From Longimicrobiales bacterium (lineage in GTDB: Bacteria > Gemmatimonadota > Gemmatimonadetes > Longimicrobiales > Gaopeijiaceae), in the NCBI GenBank assembly GCA_965202985.1, contig CBDBCF010000001.1:192001-256000 (forward strand): 64,000 nt of DNA, in the 5' to 3' direction. Under the pieces are notes generated by a model. The model ran no database searches and was not told the origin of the DNA. It was given only the letters and a program-made list of their open reading frames with translations. Shown here piece after piece: positions 18,304 through 28,075 of the stretch (position 1 is the first letter of the stretch; each line of letters starts with the position of its first letter). A program made the position numbers and the translations under genes.

Positions 18304-19200
18304 CTACAACCGCAGCGCCTTGCGGGCCGCCCCTCTTTCGGGTGCCACCGACACGGGCCGCACTGCGTACCCCAGCTCGGCCGCGGCGGCAGCCACGGCT
18401 TCCCGAAGCTCGCCGTCCTTGTTGACCAGTCCCCCCGACAGGGCCACGGGCGGCGGCCCCCGCCACCCGCTGGTGCGCGCCAACGCGGCTTCCAACAGCG
18501 CCCGCAACCCTCCAACGGCCCGGCGCACCACCCGAACCGCGGCGGCGTCCCCCGCCCTGAACGCCCGGAGGACCGGCATAGCCAGGGCGGCCACGTCTCG
18601 CTTGGCGGCGGCGGCGGCCCATGCCGGCAAGTCGGGCGGAGAGCGGACGCCGGTCGCCGCCGCCAGCGTCCGGGTCAGCTCCGTCTCGGGCGCCCTTCCG
18701 TCGGCGCTCGCGACCACCGCCCGAAGTCCCTCCAACCCGATCCGGTAACCGCTGCCCGCATCGTCCAGAAGGGCGCCCCAGCCGCCCACGGTCACTTGCG
18801 CCCCGCTGGGGTCCCGGGCCAGCACGACCGATCCCGTGCCCGCCACGAGCAACACGCCCGGATCCTCCCCGAAGGCGTCGGCGCGGGCCGCCTCGACATC
18901 GGTTCCAACCGCTATCCGACGGGCCACGCCCGCACCCCCCAGCGCGGCCTCGACGGCGCGCCGAGTGCCCTCCTGCCCCACCCCGGCCAAGCCGGCCCAC
19001 AAGCCATCGAGCGGCAACCGCGCCCCGGCGACCGAGGCGGTCCGACGAACCAGGGCGGCCACGACGGCGGCGGCCGCCGCCGGGTCGAGGGGGTCCACCA
19101 GCCCCGCCGGGCCTTCCGCCACGGCCAGCTCGCATCCCTGCTCCCCGACCACCATCGCGCGAGACTTGGTCCCGCCGCCGTCGACGCCGGCCCAGGTCAC
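18304..19200 (-). CDS. BadF/BadG/BcrA/BcrD family kinase (MurK-like MurNAc/GlcNAc kinase)
   Basis: GVDGGGTKS, AGLAGVG, VAGTGS, GGWGALLDDAGSGY; peptidoglycan-salvage context. Confidence 0.85.
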   Translation of the reverse strand: MTWAGVDGGGTKSRAMVVGEQGCELAVAEGPAGLVDPLDPAAAAAVVAALVRRTASVAGARLPLDGLWAGLAGVGQEGTRRAVEAALGGAGVARRIAVGTDVEAARADAFGEDPGVLLVAGTGSVVLARDPSGAQVTVGGWGALLDDAGSGYRIGLEGLRAVVASADGRAPETELTRTLAAATGVRSPPDLPAWAAAAAKRDVAALAMPVLRAFRAGDAAAVRVVRRAVGGLRALLEAALARTSGWRGPPPVALSGGLVNKDGELREAVAAAAAELGYAVRPVSVAPERGAARKALRL

Positions 19201-19275
19201 GGACGGGAGATCCGGGTCACGAGAGAGAGCACGGATTCGCGCACGGGGCCGCCAGGTCGTGCATGCGACGCCGGG

Positions 19276-20760
19276 TCATGGACGCGACCGGCCGAAGATC
19301 CACCGCGCGGCCGTCCACAGGAGGCCCACGCCCATCGTGGCGACGAGCCCGACCAGGACGAACCACGGCCACGCGACGACGTCTCCCGCCCACAGCGCCA
19401 CCACCGTAGCCACGCCCGCGGTCATTCCCGCCATTGCGCCGCCCTGGCCGACGTTCCGGAAGAGAACCCCCAGCGCGAAGGCGCCCAGAAGTCCCCCGTA
19501 GAGCATGGAGGCCGCCGCCAGCGCCACTTCCACGGCGGCCGCGCGGGGGGCGCCGGCGTCCGCGTCGGCCCCGACTCCGGCCCCCTCCGGCGGAATGAAC
19601 AGAACGGCCCCCAGCACGAGCAGGCCGGCCCACAACAGCGTGAACGCCTTGCCCGCGGCCAGCATGGCCCGCTCGTCGTTCTCGCGGCCGGTGGCCGGAC
19701 CCCAGTAGTCGTAGGCGCTGGTGGAGGCCAGCGAGTTGACCGACGACGACAAGGAGGACATGGCGGCGGCGAAGACTCCCGCAATGAGCAGGCCGCGCAA
19801 GCCGGCGGGCATCTCGGAGACGATGAACGTGGCGAAGATCTCGTCGGGGCTGTCGAAGGCGCGACCGTCGTAGAACGCCCACAGTCCCAGCCCCACGAAG
19901 AGGAAGAGAGCGAACTGACCCAGGACGGCGAAGCCGCTGCCGATCAGGGCGCGACGGCTCTGGACCGCGTCCCGGCAGGCCAGCAGCCGCTGCACGATGA
20001 GCTGGTCTGTTCCGTGCGAGGCCATGGACAGAAAGGCGCCTCCCGCCAGGCCGGCCCAGAAGGTGTAGGCCACGGCCGGCGAAGCGGAGAAGTCCAGCAC
20101 CTGCAGCTTCCCCGCCCCCGCGGCGCGCTCCATGATCGCGGGCCAGCCGCCGTCCACGGCGCCGTGGAGGAGGACCAGCGCCAGGACGCCGCCGGCCACG
20201 TAAAGGGCCATCTGCAGGGCGTCCACCCAGACCACGGCGCGGATGCCGCCGAAGTAGGTGTAGGCCAGGGTGGCGGCGCCGATGACCAGGATCGAGGCCG
20301 GGTACGACCAGCCCGTGACGATCGCCAGGGGAATGGCGGTGGCGAAGAGGCGCACCGAGTCGGCCAAGAGCCGCGCCGCCATGAAGGCGCCGGAGGCGTA
20401 GCGACGAGTCGCCGTGCCGAAGCGCCTACCCAGGAGGGCGTACGCGGTGGACAGGTCGCCGCGGTAGTACGCCGGCAACAGCACCGCCGCCACCACGGCC
20501 CGCCCCACCAAGTAGCCCAAGGCGAGCTGCAGGAACGCGAGCGTTCCCAGGTATGAGATCCCCGGCACCGACAGGAAGGTCAGCGTGCTGGTCTCGGTCG
20601 CGACGACGGAGAACATCACCGCCCACCAAGGGAGGTTGCGGTTGCCCAGGAAGTAGCCGGTGCCGCCGGAAGTGCCCCGGCCCAGCCATGCGCCCCAGGC
20701 CGTCACGCCCGCCATGTAGAGGAGTACGACCGCCAAGTCCACGCCGCCGAAGGCCGTCAC
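19276..20760 (-). CDS. Sodium:solute symporter (amino-sugar type)
   Basis: YFLGNRNLPWWAV, ATETSTLTFLSVPG, GGIRAVVWVD, SHGTDQLIVQRLL, AAAMSSLSSS; only the C-terminal part of the 1517-aa ORF is real. Confidence 0.9.
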   Translation of the reverse strand: MTAFGGVDLAVVLLYMAGVTAWGAWLGRGTSGGTGYFLGNRNLPWWAVMFSVVATETSTLTFLSVPGISYLGTLAFLQLALGYLVGRAVVAAVLLPAYYRGDLSTAYALLGRRFGTATRRYASGAFMAARLLADSVRLFATAIPLAIVTGWSYPASILVIGAATLAYTYFGGIRAVVWVDALQMALYVAGGVLALVLLHGAVDGGWPAIMERAAGAGKLQVLDFSASPAVAYTFWAGLAGGAFLSMASHGTDQLIVQRLLACRDAVQSRRALIGSGFAVLGQFALFLFVGLGLWAFYDGRAFDSPDEIFATFIVSEMPAGLRGLLIAGVFAAAMSSLSSSVNSLASTSAYDYWGPATGRENDERAMLAAGKAFTLLWAGLLVLGAVLFIPPEGAGVGADADAGAPRAAAVEVALAAASMLYGGLLGAFALGVLFRNVGQGGAMAGMTAGVATVVALWAGDVVAWPWFVLVGLVATMGVGLLWTAARWIFGRSRP

Positions 20761-23700
20761 GAGCCCCGGCCTCCCTGCTCCGCCGGCTCCGCGGCCTCCC
20801 TCGGCTCCGCCGACCCCGGCGCACGCCGCCGGGGGGGCGTGTCCATGATCGAGCGGGCGGCCAAGTCGTGGACGCGACGACGCAGCGGCACGTGCTTGGC
20901 GTTGTCGCGGGTCGGGTTCACGCGGTTCGTGAGCAGGACCACGCCCAGGTCCAGCGTCGGATCGACCCAGATCGACGTGCCCGTGTACCCCGTGTGGCCG
21001 AACGACCGCGCAGAGAACCAGTCGCCCGCGGAGGAGCGGCCCGAAGGCGTATCCCAGCCCAGCGCCCGACTCGACGCAGGCGACTGCCGGCGGGTGATCC
21101 GGTCCACCCAGCCGGGCCCGAAGAGCGCCACGGGGGCAAAGCGCGCGCGGTGGCAGGGCAGCCCCGATTCCGCGTCCGCGCGACAGGGACCCGCCACGCC
21201 GCGATCGAGCATCGTCTGGACGAAGACGGCAAGGTCCCGGGCCGAGCTGAACAGCCCCGCGTGGCCCGCCACGCCCCCCATGGCGTGCGCGTTCTCGTCG
21301 TGGACTTCGCCGTGCACGTGGTAGCCCCTGTAGACGGTGTCGATCTCCGTGGCGGCGACTCGGTCCCATATCGAAGGCGGCGGGTTGAACCGGGTGTCGG
21401 CCATGCCCAGGGGGCGCCAGACCTCGGCGCGCAGGAAGTCGTCCAGCGGCCGACCCGAGAGCTGCTCCGCCACGAACCCCACCGTCATGAGGCCGATGTC
21501 GGAGTAAACCGCGCGGTCGCCCGGCGGGTGGTCCAGCGGGAGCGCGTCGATGGCGTCGCGGTAGGCGTCGCGGCCCGCCGTTTCCAGGTAGAAGCGGCGG
21601 AAGGGAGGCAGGCCCGCTTCGTGGACCAGCAGCTGGCGGAGCGTGACTTGCGACTTCGCGGGGTCGCCGGCGTCCCATCCGGGAAGGTGGTGAGCGGCCG
21701 CGTCGTCCAGGTCGAGGGCGCCGCGCTGGGCGAGCACGACCGCCGCCGTGGTCGTGGCCACGACCTTGGTCAGAGACGCCAAGTCGAAGAGCGAAGCCGG
21801 GGTCGTGGGCGGCGCGTTCGGGTCCCAGTCCAGCCGTCCGTAACCCCGAAGCCGGACGAGCTGGCCGCGCCGGACCACCGCCAGAGCCGCGCCGGAGGCG
21901 GCGGAGTCGGACAAGGCAGCCAGGATTGCGGCGTCCAGGGCCGACAGCGAATCGGCGTTCATGGCGACTCGGGCCGGGTCCACCTCTCGGGGCGACACGA
22001 CCATGTCGTCGGCGGCGCAGAACTCCCCCGACAGATCGTCCGCCGAACTGTCCGGCCCCGGCCGCCAGTCGTCGCACGGGAGCAGCGAGGGGGAAGGACG
22101 CCACCGGCCCGGCCCGCCGGCGGTGTCGGAGGCCGCCGCGCCCCGCGCCCGGCTTGCCACGGCGGGCAAGAAGCCCGCTTCGCGGAGGGGGTCGGGGGCG
22201 GCTTCGGCGACTCGTTCGTTCCCGCGGACGGGCGCGCGGTCGAGCCCGTCTCCCGCTCGGTGCAAGGGGGGGATGCTCACGGGCAGCCTGCCGCCGATCG
22301 CCGCCGCCCCGGCAATGGCTCGGGCCGCGGCGCGCTGCGAGACCTCGCGTTCGCCCCAAGCGACCATGTAGGCGCCGACGGAAGGGAACGCCGACAGTAC
22401 GTAGGGACCGCCGAACGAGACCACCGCCGCGGCGTCGGACCGGACGCGCTCCACGCCCTCCACGAACGCCCGCAGCTGGGCGGGCAGAGCGGACGCCCCG
22501 GCCCCCGACCGCGGCGGCGCGTAGATGCCCACCACCACGACGTCCACGGCGGCGGCGGCGTACAGCAGCGAATCGTACACCGTCCACGGCGTGCCCCGAC
22601 CCACGCGGGCGCTCCGCACCCGTCCGACAAGCCCGCGCAAGGCGCCGTTGAACGCCCGCCCCGCCAGCAGGTCGTCGTCCCGCGCCCAAGTCACGCTCAT
22701 GACCGAGGCGTCCGCCGCCAGCGGCACGACCCCGGCCCGGTCGCGCACCAGGGTCATCGACGCAGCCGCCGCCCGCTCCGCCGTCGCCCGGTGCTCGGCC
22801 GTTCCCACGCGACCCGCCACGTCGGCCGGGTCCACGCGGCTCTCCCGGTGCAGCCCCAGCCGCGCCTTCGCCTCCAGCAGCCGGCGCACCGACCGGTCGA
22901 TCCGCTCGCGGCTCAGACGCCCCGACTCCACGGCCCGCACCACGGCGTCGATCGTCCTTCCCACGCCGTCCGGCGCCAGCAGCACGTCGGACCCGGCCTC
23001 CAGCGAGAGCACCGCCGCCTCTCCGGCCCCGTAGCCGTTGGTGATCGCGCCCATGCGGAGCGCGTCGGTGAAGAGTATGCCCCGGAACCCCATCTCGTCG
23101 CGCAGCACGCGGGTCATGAAGTAGGGCGACAGCGTGGCGGGGCGGTCGTCGCCCAGCACTTGCGGGACCGCCACGTGGGCCGTCATTACGGCGTCCACCC
23201 CCGCCTCCACGGCCATGCGGAAGGGGGCCAGCTCCACCCGGTCCAGCCGCTCTCGGTCGGCGCCGATCACGGGCAGCACGATGTGCGAGTCGGTGCGGGT
23301 GTCGCCGTGGCCGGGGAAGTGCTTGGCCGTCGAGAGGGCGCCCCCCTGCCTGGCGCCCCGGATGAAGGCGGCGCCCAGTCTGCCCACGGTCTCCGGGTCT
23401 TCGCCGAACGATCGGGTGGCGATGACGGGGTTCTCGGGGTTGCTGTTCACGTCCAGCACGGGCGCGAAGAGCCAGTGGACGCCCACGGCGCGGGCCTCTT
23501 CGGCGGTGATGCGCCCGTACTCGAACGCCAACGCCACGGCGCCGGCGGCGCCGAACGCCATGGTGGGCGGAAAGCTCGCGCCGCCGCCCTGGGCCAAGAG
23601 CGACGGAAGCGCGTAGCTGTGGTTGATCCGCATCCCGGGTCCGCCGTTCTCGAAGTCCGACGTGACCAAGAGGGGGATGCGGGCTCGAGACTGGAGGCGG

Positions 23701-24152
23701 TTCAGCTTGGCCGCGTAGGCGTCCGGAACGCCGATCGATATCGAGACGCCTCCCAGCCCTTGGTCCACCCAGTCCAGCAGTTGCAGGAACTCGGGATCGG
23801 TGGCCGAGGCGTAGCCGCCGGAGATCCACGGGATCACCAGCTGCGCGGCCGCCTCGCGAAGCGTCAGCCCCGCCAAGGTCTCGTCCACCCAGCGGGCCGC
23901 GTCCCCGGCGAGCGGCGAGTCCATCGGCGCGGCAGGCCCGGGCGGCAGGAACTCGGGGGGAGAAGACGACCCGGCGCGGGCGCAGGAGGCCAGCAGAACC
24001 ACCGGAACGACCACGAGCGCCCTTGCGCGGACCGCCGTTGGAGCGCTTCGCTTCCGGCGCAACGAAGTTGCGTCGGGCGCCCAGTCGGAACCGCCGCCCC
24101 CGGGGCGCCGGCCATGGTCCGAAGTCGGAACGTTCGTAGCTTGAATGGTCAT
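20757..24152 (-). CDS. GH3 beta-N-acetylglucosaminidase (NagZ-like) fused to a serine hydrolase (AmiE-like); lipoprotein
   Basis: APVLDVN, KHFPGHGDTRTDSH, FTDALRM; C-terminal DLASLTK (SxxK), YSD, GHAGLFS, FGHTGYTG; lipobox LASC. Start may be TTG 24062. Confidence 0.9.
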   Translation of the reverse strand: MTIQATNVPTSDHGRRPGGGGSDWAPDATSLRRKRSAPTAVRARALVVVPVVLLASCARAGSSSPPEFLPPGPAAPMDSPLAGDAARWVDETLAGLTLREAAAQLVIPWISGGYASATDPEFLQLLDWVDQGLGGVSISIGVPDAYAAKLNRLQSRARIPLLVTSDFENGGPGMRINHSYALPSLLAQGGGASFPPTMAFGAAGAVALAFEYGRITAEEARAVGVHWLFAPVLDVNSNPENPVIATRSFGEDPETVGRLGAAFIRGARQGGALSTAKHFPGHGDTRTDSHIVLPVIGADRERLDRVELAPFRMAVEAGVDAVMTAHVAVPQVLGDDRPATLSPYFMTRVLRDEMGFRGILFTDALRMGAITNGYGAGEAAVLSLEAGSDVLLAPDGVGRTIDAVVRAVESGRLSRERIDRSVRRLLEAKARLGLHRESRVDPADVAGRVGTAEHRATAERAAAASMTLVRDRAGVVPLAADASVMSVTWARDDDLLAGRAFNGALRGLVGRVRSARVGRGTPWTVYDSLLYAAAAVDVVVVGIYAPPRSGAGASALPAQLRAFVEGVERVRSDAAAVVSFGGPYVLSAFPSVGAYMVAWGEREVSQRAAARAIAGAAAIGGRLPVSIPPLHRAGDGLDRAPVRGNERVAEAAPDPLREAGFLPAVASRARGAAASDTAGGPGRWRPSPSLLPCDDWRPGPDSSADDLSGEFCAADDMVVSPREVDPARVAMNADSLSALDAAILAALSDSAASGAALAVVRRGQLVRLRGYGRLDWDPNAPPTTPASLFDLASLTKVVATTTAAVVLAQRGALDLDDAAAHHLPGWDAGDPAKSQVTLRQLLVHEAGLPPFRRFYLETAGRDAYRDAIDALPLDHPPGDRAVYSDIGLMTVGFVAEQLSGRPLDDFLRAEVWRPLGMADTRFNPPPSIWDRVAATEIDTVYRGYHVHGEVHDENAHAMGGVAGHAGLFSSARDLAVFVQTMLDRGVAGPCRADAESGLPCHRARFAPVALFGPGWVDRITRRQSPASSRALGWDTPSGRSSAGDWFSARSFGHTGYTGTSIWVDPTLDLGVVLLTNRVNPTRDNAKHVPLRRRVHDLAARSIMDTPPRRRAPGSAEPREAAEPAEQGGRGS

Positions 24153-25533
24153 GGAGTCACCCGAAGGAGAACGGCTGCACGTGTCCACCATTGATACATC
24201 ATTGCGCGCCAAGCGGGCAGTCGCACGGCTGGCCGCCGCCGCGGCCGTCGTCCTCGCGACGACCGCAGGCTGGGCGTGCGCCGACGCCGAGCGTCCCGCC
24301 GCCGAGGCCGGCCAAGCATCCCCCAATGGCGGCCAAGCGCTCCCTGACGCCGGCCAAGCGCCGTTCGCCGTGGCCGAGCAGCGGTCCTGGGTGCGCCCCG
24401 GCGCCGAGGTGCTGCTGGCGGACTCGTTGGCGCTGGTGGCCGGGCGGCGGGTCGGGCTGATCACCAACCACACGGGCTTGGCCCGCGACGGCACGTCCAC
24501 GATCGACCTGCTGGCGGCCCACCCCCAGGTGACGTTGACGGCGCTGTTTTCGCCCGAGCACGGGATCCGGGGCCGGGCCGAGGCCGGCGCCAGGGTCGAA
24601 GACGGCGTGGACCCCAGCACCGGCCTTCCCGTGCACTCGCTGTACGGAGAGACGCGCAAGCCCACGCCGGAGACTCTGGCGGAGCTGGACGTGCTCCTCT
24701 TCGACATCCAGGACGTGGGCGCGCGCTACTACACCTACCTGTCCACCATGACGCTGGCCATGGAGGCCGCCGGAGAGCGCGGCATTCCCTTCGTGGTGCT
24801 GGACCGGCCCAACCCCGTCGGCGGCTCGGCGGTCCAGGGCAACATACTCGACCCGGCGTTCGCCAGCTTCGTGGGCCTCTATCCGGTCCCCATGCGCCAT
24901 GGCCTGACCGCCGGCGAGTTCGCCCGGATGGCGGCGGGCGAGTTCGGAGTCGCCGCCCAGCTTGCGGTCGTGCCGGCCGAGAGCTGGCGGCGCGACATGA
25001 CCTTCGAGGAGACGGGGCTGCCCTGGGTTCCGCCGTCGCCCAACATGCCGTCGGTGGAGAGCGCCCTTCACTATCCAGGGACCTGCCTCTTCGAGGGGAC
25101 GTCGATCTCCGTGGGGCGCGGCACGCCGCGGGCGTTCCAGCAGGTGGGCGCGCCCTGGCTGGACGGCGAAGCGCTGGCGGCCCGCCTGACTGCCTTGCAC
25201 TTGCCGGACGCCGTCTTCGTGCCCGCGCGGTTCACGCCCGTGGACCCCGGCGACGGCAAGTTCGACGGCGAGGCGTCCGGCGGCGTGCGCCTGGTCGCCG
25301 ACGGTCCTCGCTACGACCCCACCTTGGCGGCGTTGGCGCTGCTGGCCGAGATCAAGGCCGCGTCCGGCGAGCACTGGGGCTGGCACGAGTCCCACTTCGA
25401 CCGCTTGGCGGGCACCGACGCCCTGCGCGGAGCTCTGGACGCCGGCGCCGGCTACGCGGAGCTGGCGGAACGGTGGGGGGCGGACCTGCCTGCATTCGCC
25501 GAGCGGCGTCGTCCCTACCTGCTGTATCGGTGA
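24151..25533 (+). CDS. namZ: Exo-beta-N-acetylmuramidase NamZ (DUF1343)
   Basis: GLITNHTG, LFSPEHG, SLYG, FDIQDVGARYYTY, LDRPNP, WVPPSPNMP, VGRGT. Start uncertain (24145-24181). Confidence 0.88.
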   Translation: MESPEGERLHVSTIDTSLRAKRAVARLAAAAAVVLATTAGWACADAERPAAEAGQASPNGGQALPDAGQAPFAVAEQRSWVRPGAEVLLADSLALVAGRRVGLITNHTGLARDGTSTIDLLAAHPQVTLTALFSPEHGIRGRAEAGARVEDGVDPSTGLPVHSLYGETRKPTPETLAELDVLLFDIQDVGARYYTYLSTMTLAMEAAGERGIPFVVLDRPNPVGGSAVQGNILDPAFASFVGLYPVPMRHGLTAGEFARMAAGEFGVAAQLAVVPAESWRRDMTFEETGLPWVPPSPNMPSVESALHYPGTCLFEGTSISVGRGTPRAFQQVGAPWLDGEALAARLTALHLPDAVFVPARFTPVDPGDGKFDGEASGGVRLVADGPRYDPTLAALALLAEIKAASGEHWGWHESHFDRLAGTDALRGALDAGAGYAELAERWGADLPAFAERRRPYLLYR

Positions 25534-25550
25534 CGCCCCGGATTGGGACG

Positions 25551-27095
25551 ATGAGCGCGGATCGATTCTACCTGACGACGCCGATCTACTACGCCTCCGG
25601 CGCACCCCACATCGGCCACGCCTACACCACGATCCTCGCCGACGTGCTGGCGCGCTACCGGCGGCGGACCGGCCAAGACGTCCTTTTTCTGACGGGCACC
25701 GACGAGCACGGCCAGAAGATCCAGGAGGCCGCGGCCCGCCAGGACATGACCCCGCGCGAACTGTGCGACCTCATGGCCGGACGGTTTCGCGCCGCGTGGG
25801 ACGACCTGCGCATCTCCCACGACCGCTTCATCCGCACCACCGAGCCCGGCCACTGCGCCGTCGTCGGCGCGATCCTGGAGCGCCTGCGCGAGAACGGTCT
25901 CGTCTACGAGGGCGAGTACGCGGGCTGGTACTCGGTCAGCCAGGAGCGCTACTTCACGGAAAAGGAGGTCGGTCCGGAGCGAGTCGATCCCGTCGCCGGA
26001 CGACCCGTGGAGCGCATCCGCGAGAAGAACTACTTCTTCCGCATGAGCCGCTTCCAAGACCGGCTTCGCCGCCACGTGGAGGAGAACCCGGAGTGGATCG
26101 TCCCCGCCAGCCGGCGAAACGAGGTCCTGGGCTTCCTGTCCCGACCCTTGGCGGACCTGTCGATTTCGCGCCCCCGATCGCGCATCCACTGGGGCATCCC
26201 GCTCCCCTGGGACTCGGCCCAGGTCACCTACGTGTGGGTGGACGCCCTGATCAACTACGTGACCGCGTCGGGCGCCGTGGACCCGACCGCGCCGCCGGGC
26301 GAACGCGGCTTCGGCGACGCGCCCCTTCTCTCGCGCTGGCCGGCGGACCTTCACATCGTCGGCAAGGACATCCTCACGACCCACGCCGTCTACTGGCCCG
26401 CCCTTCTCATGGGCGCGGACCTTCCCCTGCCCCGCAAGATCTTGGCTCACGGCTGGTGGGTGGTGGGCGACACGAAGATGTCCAAGTCGCTGGGGAACGT
26501 CGTCGACCCGCTGGGCCTCCGGGAACGGTTCGGCGCGGACGCGGTCCGCTGGTACCTGATGCGGGAGATGCCCACGGGACAGGACGCCTCGTACACGCCC
26601 GAGCGCTTCCTGGCTCGCTGCGACGAGCTGTCGAACACCTTGGGCAACTTGGCACACCGGGTCGTGTCGATGGTGAAGCGATACCGGGACGGGGCGGTTC
26701 CGGCTGCGGCCTCCGGCGGCCTGGACGACGAGATCGCGACGGCGGTCGCCGGCTACCGGAGCGGGCTGGAGGGCTACCGGCTCCACGAGGGCTTCGCGGC
26801 CGCCATGGAGCTGGCCAGGGCCGGAAACGGCTTCGTGGAGACCCGCGCGCCGTGGACTCTGGCGCGGGCGCCGGAGCGGGCCGACGAGCTGGACGAGACG
26901 CTCGCTTCGCTGGTCCGTGTGCTGGCGGTGCTGGCCTGTCTCTTCGAACCCGCAACCCCGGCCAAGTCCGCCGAGCTGGCCCGGCGACTGGGGCTGGCCC
27001 AGGTGCCCGGCTTCGCCGAACTGGACGGCCTGCGGACGGCGGGGCTTCGCGTCGCCGACGGACCGCCGCTCTTCCCTCGGATCGACGACCGTTGA
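25551..27095 (+). CDS. metG: Methionyl-tRNA synthetase (short form)
   Basis: TTPIYY, HIGH, TGTDEHG, YVWVDAL, KMSKS. Confidence 0.95.
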   Translation: MSADRFYLTTPIYYASGAPHIGHAYTTILADVLARYRRRTGQDVLFLTGTDEHGQKIQEAAARQDMTPRELCDLMAGRFRAAWDDLRISHDRFIRTTEPGHCAVVGAILERLRENGLVYEGEYAGWYSVSQERYFTEKEVGPERVDPVAGRPVERIREKNYFFRMSRFQDRLRRHVEENPEWIVPASRRNEVLGFLSRPLADLSISRPRSRIHWGIPLPWDSAQVTYVWVDALINYVTASGAVDPTAPPGERGFGDAPLLSRWPADLHIVGKDILTTHAVYWPALLMGADLPLPRKILAHGWWVVGDTKMSKSLGNVVDPLGLRERFGADAVRWYLMREMPTGQDASYTPERFLARCDELSNTLGNLAHRVVSMVKRYRDGAVPAAASGGLDDEIATAVAGYRSGLEGYRLHEGFAAAMELARAGNGFVETRAPWTLARAPERADELDETLASLVRVLAVLACLFEPATPAKSAELARRLGLAQVPGFAELDGLRTAGLRVADGPPLFPRIDDR

Positions 27096-27121
27096 CTAAA
27101 ACACTTGTTTCCGGTTAGGGT
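27092..27121 (+). promoter_or_regulatory. Putative sigma70 promoter of the M23 gene
   Basis: TTGACT-18 bp-TAGGGT in an AT-rich patch, 8 nt before ATG 27130. Confidence 0.45.
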
Positions 27122-27129
27122 TGTTGGCT

Positions 27130-28020
27130 ATGCCCAAGGAACGATGGACCTTCCTCCTCTTGCCGAGCGGGACTGGCGGGATTCGCCAGTACTCGCTGTC
27201 GTCCAAGGCCGTGCGGCCGGTTCTGGTCGCGGCGTGCTTGGCGTGCGTCCTGTGCGCGGGCGCCGGCGCGTTCCTGCTGGTGGAGACGGGCACGCGCGCG
27301 CGCGCCGCGGCCCTGGCCCGGGAGAACAGGCTGCTCAAGGCCGAGATTCCCCGAATCGCCGCCCGGCTGGCCGAGTTCGACCAGAGCTTCGACGGCTTGG
27401 TCGAGCAGAGCCGGCGGGCGCGGCTGCTGGCCGGCATGTCGGGGATCGACGACGAGGTCTTCGACGTGGGCATCGGCGGCCCGGGCCTGGAGATTCCCGA
27501 CGAGGCTTCGGAGTCGGTGTACGCGGTGCGGTACGACCTGGGCGTGCTCGAACGCAAGGCGAACCTGCTTGCCAAGAGCTTCGACGAGAACGCCGAGCGC
27601 TTGGTCGCCCAAGGCGACCGACTGAAGTCCACGCCGTCCTTGCTGCCCGCGAGCGGTCTCGTGTCCAGCAGCTTCTCGAGCAGAAGGTTCCATCCGGTGC
27701 TTGGAATCAACCGACCGCACGAAGGCGTGGACATCCATGCGCCTCTGGGAACGCCGATCGTGGCGGCCGCCGACGGGCGGGTCTCCTTCGCCGGGTGGAA
27801 GGTCGGCTACGGGAACACGGTCGAGATCCAGCACGAGTCCGGCTTCTTCACGCTCTACGCCCACGCTTCGGCGTTGCTGGTCGGACGCGGACAGCGGGTC
27901 CGGCGGGGCGAAGTGGTGGCGGAGGTCGGACGAACGGGGATCGCCACGGCTCCCCATCTGCACTACGAAGTGCACCTGAACGGCAGGCCCGTGAACCCCG
28001 AGAACTATTTCGTCCCGTGA
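27130..28020 (+). CDS. M23 family metallopeptidase
   Basis: HEGVD, GYGNTVEIQH, YAH, PHLHYEV; N-terminal TM and coiled coil. Confidence 0.92.
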   Translation: MPKERWTFLLLPSGTGGIRQYSLSSKAVRPVLVAACLACVLCAGAGAFLLVETGTRARAAALARENRLLKAEIPRIAARLAEFDQSFDGLVEQSRRARLLAGMSGIDDEVFDVGIGGPGLEIPDEASESVYAVRYDLGVLERKANLLAKSFDENAERLVAQGDRLKSTPSLLPASGLVSSSFSSRRFHPVLGINRPHEGVDIHAPLGTPIVAAADGRVSFAGWKVGYGNTVEIQHESGFFTLYAHASALLVGRGQRVRRGEVVAEVGRTGIATAPHLHYEVHLNGRPVNPENYFVP

Positions 28021-28075
28021 ACCCCGACCCCCGACGCGCCATCTCCTGATCCGTCGAGCAGCGCCGGCGGCGTTC

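Noticed and set aside
19276..23829. 1517-aa ORF as a giant protein
   Set aside because: Only the last ~494 aa (SSS) are protein-like; the rest is an off-frame shadow of the GH3 fusion in stop-poor GC-rich DNA
20553..24194. 1213-aa plus-strand ORF
   Set aside because: Antisense shadow of the GH3-serine hydrolase gene; no motifs
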